DNA of 32,000 nucleotides from Acholeplasma laidlawii PG-8A (GTDB lineage Bacteria; Bacillota_I; Bacilli_A; Acholeplasmatales; Acholeplasmataceae). The stretch's first letter is position 1. Every line of letters starts with the position of its first letter. Below, piece by piece: positions 11,301-18,130 of the stretch. The notes beneath the pieces are model-generated. The model saw only the letters and a list, made by a program, of their open reading frames with translations, made no database searches and was not told the origin of the DNA. A program made the translations under genes and the position numbers. The stretch spans positions 150,001-182,000 of the forward strand of contig NC_010163.1 of NCBI RefSeq assembly GCF_000018785.1. Reading direction: 5' to 3'.

Positions 11301-12485
11301 TCACAAGACGTTATTATTGTTGAGGATGATTGTGGTTCAAGCCATGGTGTTTATGTAGAAGCAATTAAAGATGAGTCAGGTAAAGAAATCGTTCCATTAT
11401 ACGATAGAATTTATGGCCGCTTTGCTGCACATGACATTATCAGTCCAAAAACTGGTGAAGTATTTGTGAAACGTAATGAACTGATTACTGAAGAAATCGG
11501 TTTGGCAATCGTTAAATCAGGTATGCAAAAAGTTGAAATTAGAAGTATTATGACATGTACATCAAGTCATGGTATTTGTGCGAAAGACTACGGTATTAAC
11601 TTAGCTACAAACCAATTTGTTGAAGTTGGTGAAGCTATTGGGGTTGTTGCTGCTCAATCTATTGGTGAGCCAGGTACACAGTTAACCATGCGTACATTCC
11701 ATACAGGTGGGGTTGCTGCTGGTGCCGATATTACTCAAGGTTTACCACGTATTCAAGAGTTATTTGAAGCACGTAATCCAAAAGGTAAAGCAACGATTTC
11801 AGAAGTTGAAGGTAAAGTTAAAGATATCTCACGTCGTGGTGGTTCAATTAGCATTACAATTACTGATACCCAAGGCACTGAATACAAATACACGCTTGAT
11901 CCAAACATTGAAGCTTTAGTTAAAAAAGGTCAAGATGTTGTTGCAGGTCAAAAACTATCTAGTGGATCTATTAATCCAAAAGAATTACTACGTGTAACAG
12001 ATGTTAAAACAGCATCTAACTACATTTTAGAAGAAGTTCAAAAAGTTTACCGCGCTCAAGGGGTTGAAATTTCTGACAAGCACGTTGAAGTTATTATTCG
12101 TCAAATGTTACGTCGTATCATGGTAATTATTGAAGGTGATACCAACATCTTACCAGGTACAGAGGTATCTATTGATGAGTTTAAACGTGAAAATAAAGAA
12201 GTACTTAAAAACCGTGGTCGCTTAGCTGTTGGTCGCCCAATACTATTAGGTATTACTAGAGCATCTCTAAGAAGTGATTCCTTCTTATCTGCTGCATCCT
12301 TCCAAGAAACTACAAGAATCTTAACAGATGCTGCAATTAGAAGTAAGAAAGATGAATTACACGGACTAAAAGAAAACGTCATTATCGGTGGATTAATCCC
12401 AGCTGGTACAGGTATACTGCAAGAAAAATTCTTCCATTATGATCAACCAGAAGATAAAAAACCAATATATGATGATTTTGAATAA
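8358..12485 (+). CDS. rpoC: DNA-directed RNA polymerase subunit beta-prime, with a ~160-aa N-terminal extension
   Basis: 1375 aa. GGGAGG RBS 8 nt upstream. Catalytic NADFDGDQM motif, zinc-binding CxCGK...CPKCG, and trigger loop/bridge helix regions are present. Homology to the canonical N-terminus (..[15 protein letters not shown]) begins only near residue 166. Confidence 0.99.
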   Translation: MAKNEVLSLPVDSLKLSQTALDRLKLSGISRLEDFNTFNLKELQMLLSDSFNEVLPTLIYYKLPRDVRDLSLSDEVVSVLETAGIKDLEALTKYDKSTLYHVFKDDEFLLKEINDLFELYHEEKLSTLNVATEVFEEVALPQEVSVEDRVNKIIQPIRKTYGSKAFTHFKVRLASPDEIRNWSYGEVINHETINYRTSKPEPGGLFDERIFGPTRDYQCACGKKQTVNKGQICPKCGIEITESKVRRERMGHINLEAPVVHTWYLKNSPSRLAILLGIKAKQLEEVVYHASYIVTDPGQNTPLAKKQILSEQDYSLLVEEYGSRFTALTGAEAVKKLLQDLDLDKEVKNLRKRLKTSSKQKRDRIIKRLDVVEAFNQSDNKPEWMVMDVIPVIPPDLRPMVPLDGGRFATTDLNDLYRRILNRNNRLKKQKEQMAPRLITKNEKRMLQEAVDALFDNAKRGKKAAVERNRHLKSLSDLLRGKQGRFRQNLLGKRVDYSGRSVIIVGPDLEMYQCGIPREMAITLFKPFILRELQLTHGAEKKNANAKYERRDDDTWRALEKVVREHPVLLNRAPTLHRLGIQAFEVKLIDGKAIRLHPLVTPAFNADFDGDQMAVHLPLSPEAQAEARLLMLASNNILNPRDGKPVVTPSQDMVLGNYYLTIEESKDRNFGDDLERTKKHQEKHRHEGKFFSSIDEVKIAYENKDISLHTRIIIKPESVKDTFTVEQKNMYLVTTLGKIIFNEILPETFPYVNEPTMSNLSEKTPDIYFIKKGVNPKDALKHIPTPEPFKKRFLSMVIAQVFKLFHISETSRMLDKLKDLGFKYSTVAGITISYADINVYSKKKEMVEATEEEINEIEEWFEDGLLTDSERRKLVIDKWTNVKNEIQSGIMKEFDKDNNIFMMSDSGARGNVSNFTQLVGMRGLMSNPKGETIEVPVQSSFREGLTVSEFFISTHGARKGSTDTALKTAESGYLTRRLVDVSQDVIIVEDDCGSSHGVYVEAIKDESGKEIVPLYDRIYGRFAAHDIISPKTGEVFVKRNELITEEIGLAIVKSGMQKVEIRSIMTCTSSHGICAKDYGINLATNQFVEVGEAIGVVAAQSIGEPGTQLTMRTFHTGGVAAGADITQGLPRIQELFEARNPKGKATISEVEGKVKDISRRGGSISITITDTQGTEYKYTLDPNIEALVKKGQDVVAGQKLSSGSINPKELLRVTDVKTASNYILEEVQKVYRAQGVEISDKHVEVIIRQMLRRIMVIIEGDTNILPGTEVSIDEFKRENKEVLKNRGRLAVGRPILLGITRASLRSDSFLSAASFQETTRILTDAAIRSKKDELHGLKENVIIGGLIPAGTGILQEKFFHYDQPEDKKPIYDDFE

Positions 12486-12506
12486 TCATTAAGTAAAATC
12501 ATTTTT

Positions 12507-12543
12507 AAAAGAGACTATTTCATATAAAAATAGTCTCTTTTTA
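12507..12543 (+). terminator. Strong rho-independent terminator after rpoC
   Basis: 14-bp perfect stem AAAAGAGACTATTT / AAATAGTCTCTTTT with a 7-nt loop, running into a T-run. Confidence 0.85.
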
Positions 12544-12596
12544 TATGAAAATGCTAATAATTTCAATAATTTATACTTTTAAAGTATAATATAGGT

Positions 12597-12695
12597 GTAA
12601 TCAATTAAGTTAAGTCAAGGCTGTAAAGACTCAAGGGAGAAAGTTTTTACAGTCATAAAAATCATAAAAAGGGGTACGTTTTCGTATCCCTTTTT
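12597..12695 (+). ncRNA. Candidate ~100-nt small RNA or cis-acting leader (function unknown)
   Basis: Possible promoter TTCAAT (12562-12567) - 17 nt - TATAAT (12585-12590). A 10-bp hairpin CTGTAAAGAC / GTTTTTACAG (12621-12652) has a GGGAGA-containing loop. It ends in the terminator hairpin GGGGTACG-TTTT-CGTATCCC + T5 (12671-12695). There is no ATG-initiated ORF inside. Confidence 0.25.
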
Positions 12696-12742
12696 ATCTA
12701 ATCGGTTATAATAGAGTTATAAACCAAGTTGGAGGTAGACAT

Positions 12743-13018
12743 ATGATGTTCAAACAAGAACCCGGACGATTTTATATAAATGATGAATCGGGTAAAATGA
12801 TTGCAGAAATTACTTATAAATATATTGGTGAATATATTGCAGCAACACATACATTTGTTGATCCTGTATTAAGGGGACAAGGTATTGCACAAAAGTTAGT
12901 CGATGAAGTTGTAAGACTTTCAAGAAGTGAAGGGAAGAAAATAGATCCTGTTTGTCCATATGTAAAAAATCTATTCGAAAAGGATATGCAGTATAGTGAT
13001 GTGTATTTAAAACGTTAG
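12743..13018 (+). CDS. Small GNAT-fold N-acetyltransferase (Acetyltransf_CG / YjdJ-NATD1-like)
   Basis: 91 aa. GGAGGT RBS. THTFVDPVLRGQGIAQKLV...CPYV is the typical single-domain GNAT acetyl-CoA-binding pattern. Confidence 0.8.
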   Translation: MMFKQEPGRFYINDESGKMIAEITYKYIGEYIAATHTFVDPVLRGQGIAQKLVDEVVRLSRSEGKKIDPVCPYVKNLFEKDMQYSDVYLKR

Positions 13019-13028
13019 ATTATAGTTA

Positions 13029-13060
13029 TTGACAGTTTTAAATTTAAGGTATGTTAAAAT
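13029..13060 (+). promoter_or_regulatory. Candidate promoter for the GGDEF operon
   Basis: TTGACA (13029-13034) and an extended -10 TGtTAAAAT (13052-13060). The spacer is over-long at 20 nt, so the call is weak. Confidence 0.35.
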
Positions 13061-13103
13061 ATTTGTTGTGTGATAAATAATTACATAGATTAGGGAGAAA
13101 TCT

Positions 13104-14231
13104 ATGCAAACTGTAAATATAGCTTTATTTGTTTATTCATTTATCTTATTGATTTCTATATATTTATCAAGTGGACAAGTTAGGTATAAGTTAATGAGTG
13201 ATAGGCTTTTTAGGTCACTCATTAGAGTAACCCTGCTTCTTTTAATGGTTGATATGATAGCTAGGTTTGAGGGATTAGACTATTGGTTCTATCCTGTTTT
13301 TAGTCGTGTAGGTAATTTTGTATCCTATGGTATAAGTCACTTTATATCATCATTATGGTTCTTATATATTCATAATAGAATTTATACAGATACTGAACGA
13401 ACAAAAAACTTATACAAATACTTTTTCCTAATTAATTTGGTAAACTGGATTTTACTAATTATCACTCAGTTTACTGGATGGTATTATTATTTGGATAGTT
13501 CAAATATATATCACAGAGGACCATTATTTTTCTGGACACAATTAGTCAATGCTGTAATTTTACTTAGTTCACTTGTATTACTTGTATTAAAACGTAAACG
13601 TATTGAACAAAACACGATGTTTGCATATATTTTGTTTAGTTTAATTCCGGCGATTGGCTTAACTTTACAAATTATATTACCTGGAATTGCCTATATTCCA
13701 AATTCAGTGGCTGCTGCACTCATTATTCTATATTTATTCGTTCAAAACAATAAAGTAAGATATGATCACTTAACCGGCATATTTAATAGAAGGCACATGG
13801 ATTATTATTTAGAAGATAAACTAATAAGTGCAAAGCGCGGTAAACCATTTTCAGCTATTTTATTTGATTTAGATGATTTTAAAGATATCAATGATACATT
13901 AGGTCACTCTGTTGGTGATATTGCGATTAAAAAGACTGCGAAAATACTTGCCAGTGCAAGTAGTAAACATGAATTTTTAGCACGTTATGGTGGAGATGAG
14001 TTTTTGATCATAACAAGTAAGTATGAAAAACAAGATATTGATGAAATAGTAAAAAGGGTCTATGATGGTATTAATCAGTTTAATAAAATCAATGATAAAT
14101 TTAAACTAAGTATTAGTCATGGTTATTATGTATATCATAAGGATTTAAATTTAAGTCGAGATCAATTCATTGATGTTGTAGATAGAAATATGTATGATAA
14201 TAAAATAAAAAAGAAAAATTCTAGAGTATGA
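13104..14231 (+). CDS. Membrane-anchored diguanylate cyclase (multi-TM sensor domain + GGDEF domain)
   Basis: 375 aa. The N-terminal ~210 aa carry about 6-7 hydrophobic helices. The C-terminal part reads DHLTGIFNRR...LFDLDDFKDINDTLGHSVGD...RYGGDEFLII, an intact GGDEF active site. No RxxD I-site lies 5 residues upstream (SKHE instead). Confidence 0.9.
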   Translation: MQTVNIALFVYSFILLISIYLSSGQVRYKLMSDRLFRSLIRVTLLLLMVDMIARFEGLDYWFYPVFSRVGNFVSYGISHFISSLWFLYIHNRIYTDTERTKNLYKYFFLINLVNWILLIITQFTGWYYYLDSSNIYHRGPLFFWTQLVNAVILLSSLVLLVLKRKRIEQNTMFAYILFSLIPAIGLTLQIILPGIAYIPNSVAAALIILYLFVQNNKVRYDHLTGIFNRRHMDYYLEDKLISAKRGKPFSAILFDLDDFKDINDTLGHSVGDIAIKKTAKILASASSKHEFLARYGGDEFLIITSKYEKQDIDEIVKRVYDGINQFNKINDKFKLSISHGYYVYHKDLNLSRDQFIDVVDRNMYDNKIKKKNSRV

Positions 14232-14656
14232 TACAAAACACGATATTAAATCAATTAAATGAAAAAGGATTTGTAGTATCTAAAATAAGAGGGGTAAGTA
14301 TGTGGCCCTTCTTTAATCAAAAAAATACGCAAGTCTATATTAAGAGTGCTCTTAACTACAATAAAAATGACTGTATTCTTTTTTTAAGAGATGATGGTAG
14401 TTTAATTATGCACCGTATTCTTTACTTAAAAAAAGACTTCTTCTTAGTGTGTGGGGATAACCAGTCACAATTAGAAAAAGTGTATTGTAGTCAAATAAAA
14501 GGTAAAATGACTGAGTATTATATTAATGGACATACCAGACGTCCAATAGGTATAAAATATCACGTGTATGTAAGATGGATAAGAATTACTAGGCCGATAA
14601 GAGTTATAAGAGATCTATTAAAGCATATCATAAAAAAAATAATCAACAAAAAATAA
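14228..14656 (+). CDS. Soluble S24/S26-family (SipW-type signal-peptidase / LexA fold) serine peptidase-like protein
   Basis: 142 aa. The start overlaps the GGDEF stop (ATGA at 14228-14231). Motifs: RGVSMWP (nucleophile Ser box), LIMHRILY (His box as in S26B/SipW-type enzymes) and CGDNQ (GDN box). There is no N-terminal TM anchor. The C-terminal tail is very basic. Confidence 0.6.
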   Translation: MIQNTILNQLNEKGFVVSKIRGVSMWPFFNQKNTQVYIKSALNYNKNDCILFLRDDGSLIMHRILYLKKDFFLVCGDNQSQLEKVYCSQIKGKMTEYYINGHTRRPIGIKYHVYVRWIRITRPIRVIRDLLKHIIKKIINKK

Positions 14657-14675
14657 CTTACAAGGAGATATGTAA

Positions 14676-14999
14676 ATGTTTTATTATAAGCAAGCAAAAG
14701 TGAATATGATTACATATCTTGTTATTATTGTTTTTTTAAGTTTATTGGCTTTAATACCTTCTGAAGGTGATAATGAACTTATTATTTATCTATTAGGTGT
14801 TTATAGTTTTATTTGTGTATTTAATATGTTTTTGTATGTCCAAATCAAAAAACATATTAAAGGAAATCGTGTGATCCCAAGGTATATGAAAGTTGTAGTT
14901 CTTACATCACTTATCATAGTAGTTTTCTCACTTATATTTAATTTAGAAGCTGCAATTGATTTTTATAATGAAATCAAAGACAGCAAAAAAATACATTAA
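14676..14999 (+). CDS. Small 3-TM membrane protein, unknown function
   Basis: 107 aa. AAGGAG RBS 9 nt upstream. Three hydrophobic helices. No recognisable motif. Confidence 0.6.
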   Translation: MFYYKQAKVNMITYLVIIVFLSLLALIPSEGDNELIIYLLGVYSFICVFNMFLYVQIKKHIKGNRVIPRYMKVVVLTSLIIVVFSLIFNLEAAIDFYNEIKDSKKIH

Positions 15000-15014
15000 T
15001 GTTTAAAAAAACGT

Positions 15015-15044
15015 AGCCGGATAGTTTAAACTTATCCGGCTTTT
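15015..15044 (+). terminator. Rho-independent terminator
   Basis: AGCCGGATA / TATCCGGCT 9-bp stem with a 9-nt loop, followed by TTTT. An A-run lies upstream, so it may act bidirectionally. Confidence 0.75.
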
Positions 15045-15085
15045 ACTATGTAAATTTTATGAAAACGTATTCATTATAGTTTCAT

Positions 15086-15113
15086 TTGAATTAATTTTAA
15101 AATCATATAAAAT
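15086..15113 (+). promoter_or_regulatory. Candidate adhE promoter
   Basis: TTGAAT (15086-15091) - 16 nt - TAAAAT (15108-15113). Confidence 0.45.
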
Positions 15114-15155
15114 AGGGCTATAAAACCAATTCATATAACACAAGGAGAATTTAAT

Positions 15156-17744
15156 ATGGAAAAAGACACACTTATCTTAAACGAGGTAGATCTTTTAGTC
15201 ACGTCTGCTTTAGAAGCACTTGACGAATACATGGAGTTTACCCAAGAGAAGATTGATGAGATTGTAGCCAAAGTTTCTGTTGAAGCAATTGATGCACATG
15301 GCCGTTTAGCCAAGCTTGCTGTAGAGGAAACTAAACGAGGGGTATTTGAAGATAAAGCAACCAAGAATTTATTTTCAGTAGAATATGTCATCAATCATAT
15401 GAGACACCTAAAAACTGTAGGGATTATCTCGGAAAATACAGTAACGGGTATTACAGAGGTAGCTGATCCTGTTGGGGTAATTTGCGCTATTACACCAGTA
15501 ACGAATCCAACATCGACGACAATATTTAAGTCATTGATTGCACTTAAAACTAGAAATCCAATCGTCTTTGCGTTTCATCCAAATGCGCAAAATTCATCAA
15601 AGGAAGCGGCTAGAATTATTAAAGAAGCAGCGATTAAATCAGGTGCTCCAAAAAATTGTATTTCATGGATTGAACATCCAAGTTTAGATAATACAAATAA
15701 ACTTATGAACCACCCGGGGATTGCAACTATTTTAGCAACTGGTGGTAATGCAATGGTTAAGGCAGCTTACTCATGTGGTAAACCAGCTCTTGGTGTCGGT
15801 GCAGGTAACGTACCAGCATACATTGAAAAAACTGCAAACATTAAAACCGCAATCAATGATATTGTTATGTCTAAGTCATTTGATAATGGTATGGTATGTG
15901 CATCTGAACAAGCAGCTATTATTGATAAAGAAATCTATAAAGAAGCTTTGGCGGAATTTAAAAAGTTACATACTTTTTTATGTAACAAAGAACAAAAACA
16001 AATGCTGGAAACATTTATGTTCCCAGATGGTGTCAAGCTTAATCCTTATGTTGTAGGTAAGAGTGCACATCACATTGCAGAACTTGCAGGTTTCGAAGTT
16101 CCTTTAAATACCAACATTTTACTAGTAGAATGTAAAAGTGTTGGTAAAGAAGAACCACTTACAAGAGAAAAACTCTCGCCAGTATTAGCAATTCTTAAAT
16201 CAAATGATGAAGTACATGGTGTAGCACTTGCAAAAAGTATGGTAGAACTTGATGGTTTAGGACACTCTGCAGTGATTCACACACAAAATGATGAACTTAA
16301 AAAAACCTTTGGTTTAGCACTTAAAGCGATACGTATTATAGTGAATTCACCAGCGACTTTTGGTGGCATAGGTAATGTATATAACAGGTTTATACCATCA
16401 CTTACCTTAGGGTGTGGTTCTTATGGTAAAAACTCTGTTTCTGATAATGTCAGTGCCATCCACTTACTTAATATCAAACGTATCGGTGAAAGGAAAAATA
16501 ATATGCAATGGTTTAAGGTTCCATCTAAAATTTACTTTGAAAAAGATTCTATTGAATACTTAAGACAAATGAGAGATGTTAACAAGGTTGTCATCATCAC
16601 AGATAGAGTGATGGTTGACTTAGGTTATGTTAAAAAAGTAACTGATCAACTAAGTTTAAGACGTAATCATGTTGTATATCAACTATTTACCGATGTTGAA
16701 GCTGATCCATCCATTGAAACAGTTCATAAAGGTTATGAACTGATGAAATCCTTCCAACCAGATACGATTATAGCTATTGGTGGTGGTTCACCAATGGATG
16801 CTGCAAAAGCTATGTGGTTATTCTATGAAAACCCTGAAGTAGATTTTAACGACTTAAAACAAAAATTCATGGATATTAGAAAACGTGCATTTAGATATCC
16901 TGATTTAGGTAGAAAATCTAAATTAGTATGTATTCCAACAACCTCAGGTACTGGTAGTGAAGTGACTCCGTTTGCAGTTATCACTGATAATAAAGAGTCT
17001 AAAAAATATCCATTAGCAGATTATTCATTAACACCAACTGTAGCTATTATTGACCCTGCACTTACACTTACTCAACCAAAATCTGTTACAGCAGATACTG
17101 GAATGGACGTGTTAACACATGCAGTAGAAGCTTACGTTTCAGTACTTGCTAATGACTATACAGACTCACTTGCAATTCAAGCAGTTAAAATGGTATTTAA
17201 ATACTTAAAACGTGCATTTGATAATGGATTGGACTTTGAAGCAAGAGAAAAGATGCATAATGCATCTACCATGGCAGGTATGGCATTTGGTAATGCATTC
17301 TTGGGTATATCTCACTCTATGGCTCATAAAGTAGGTGGAAGATATCATATACCTCATGGTAGAATTAATGCAATCTTATTACCACATGTCGTTTTATATA
17401 ATGGTACAGTTCCAGCTAAGTTATCTACTTGGCCAAAATACACATATTATGTAGCAGATGAAAAATACATGGAACTAGCTAGAGCAATCGGATTAGATCC
17501 TAAATCTAAAGAAGAAGGCGTTAAGATGTTTGCTAAGGCATGTCATGATTTAGCAGTATCATTAGGTATTAATATGAGTTTTGCTAGTCAAAAAGTAGAA
17601 GAAAAAGATTTCTTAGAACACAGTGAAACTTTAGCTTATCTAGCTTATGAGGATCAATGTTCAACAGCTAACCCTAGACTACCTTTAGTAGCGGATATGA
17701 AGGTGATCCTAGAAAATGCATATTACGGCAAACTAGATATATAG
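15156..17744 (+). CDS. adhE: Bifunctional acetaldehyde-CoA / alcohol dehydrogenase
   Basis: 862 aa. The N-terminal aldehyde dehydrogenase half contains the catalytic region FDNGMVCASEQ. The C-terminal iron-type ADH half contains GGGSPMDAAK and HSMAHKVG...H. AAGGAG RBS. Confidence 0.97.
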   Translation: MEKDTLILNEVDLLVTSALEALDEYMEFTQEKIDEIVAKVSVEAIDAHGRLAKLAVEETKRGVFEDKATKNLFSVEYVINHMRHLKTVGIISENTVTGITEVADPVGVICAITPVTNPTSTTIFKSLIALKTRNPIVFAFHPNAQNSSKEAARIIKEAAIKSGAPKNCISWIEHPSLDNTNKLMNHPGIATILATGGNAMVKAAYSCGKPALGVGAGNVPAYIEKTANIKTAINDIVMSKSFDNGMVCASEQAAIIDKEIYKEALAEFKKLHTFLCNKEQKQMLETFMFPDGVKLNPYVVGKSAHHIAELAGFEVPLNTNILLVECKSVGKEEPLTREKLSPVLAILKSNDEVHGVALAKSMVELDGLGHSAVIHTQNDELKKTFGLALKAIRIIVNSPATFGGIGNVYNRFIPSLTLGCGSYGKNSVSDNVSAIHLLNIKRIGERKNNMQWFKVPSKIYFEKDSIEYLRQMRDVNKVVIITDRVMVDLGYVKKVTDQLSLRRNHVVYQLFTDVEADPSIETVHKGYELMKSFQPDTIIAIGGGSPMDAAKAMWLFYENPEVDFNDLKQKFMDIRKRAFRYPDLGRKSKLVCIPTTSGTGSEVTPFAVITDNKESKKYPLADYSLTPTVAIIDPALTLTQPKSVTADTGMDVLTHAVEAYVSVLANDYTDSLAIQAVKMVFKYLKRAFDNGLDFEAREKMHNASTMAGMAFGNAFLGISHSMAHKVGGRYHIPHGRINAILLPHVVLYNGTVPAKLSTWPKYTYYVADEKYMELARAIGLDPKSKEEGVKMFAKACHDLAVSLGINMSFASQKVEEKDFLEHSETLAYLAYEDQCSTANPRLPLVADMKVILENAYYGKLDI

Positions 17745-17766
17745 TATATATTCAAATAATTAAATC

Positions 17767-17836
17767 AAAGACTTTCAAATAACTTATAGGTTTTAGTAAA
17801 TCTTGTAAGACAAAAGTTATTTGAAAGTCTTTTTTT
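17767..17836 (+). terminator. Long-stem terminator after adhE
   Basis: 19-bp perfect inverted repeat AAAGACTTTCAAATAACTT (17767-17785) / AAGTTATTTGAAAGTCTTT (17814-17832), followed by a T-run. Confidence 0.8.
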
Positions 17837-17995
17837 ACTATTTAAACACAAAAAACGAAAATTATTTTCACCTAATGAAAATATATGCTAATCTATTGTA
17901 TAAAATGATATTAAATTGCTAAATGATATACGAAAGTAAATCGAGTGTAATATAATCATAGGTAAATATGGAAGCGTTTTTATAAGGGGGAAAAT

Positions 17996-18127
17996 ATGAT
18001 AAAAACGGTAGAAACAAAAAAGAGGGCATATGAGTGTCCTGTTATTGAAGTGGTCAAGTTTGAAGAAAATGTTCGAACTGGATCCGAGGGTTCAGCAAAC
18101 GTGAGTGACTGGTGGTTTGAGGTATAG
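17996..18127 (+). CDS. Unannotated 43-aa ORF (possible RiPP/lasso-like precursor or coupled upstream ORF)
   Basis: ATG at 17996 preceded by AAGGGGG (17984-17990). Translation: MIKTVETKKRAYECPVIEVVKFEENVRTGSEGSANVSDWWFEV. The TAG stop at 18125-18127 directly abuts the next gene's GTG/ATG. It is below the ORF-track size cutoff. Confidence 0.45.
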   Translation: MIKTVETKKRAYECPVIEVVKFEENVRTGSEGSANVSDWWFEV

Positions 18128-18130
18128 GTG

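Noticed and set aside
4974-12382. Short ORFs inside rpoB/rpoC on either strand: 4974-5222, 5754-6170, 8730-8927, 9005-9190, 9371-9631, 10342-10533, 11707-11919 and 12101-12382.
   Set aside because: They are fully embedded in the rpoB/rpoC reading frames, whose identity is unambiguous. They show no independent start signals and have biased composition.
13104-14231. The GGDEF protein as a degenerate, receptor-only domain.
   Set aside because: The active-site motif is intact (GGDEF, with the upstream DxLT/N-R and DxDxFK metal- and substrate-binding residues present), so a catalytically competent cyclase is the simpler reading.
18080-18127. Alternative lasso register for the 43-aa peptide, with the core starting at Gly29 (GSEGSANVSD...).
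   Set aside because: This register restores the textbook YxxP spacing. However, it puts Thr at -1 instead of -2 and places the first usable acidic residues at positions 3 and 10, outside the known 7-9-residue ring sizes. The Ser30 register fits better, though neither is proven.
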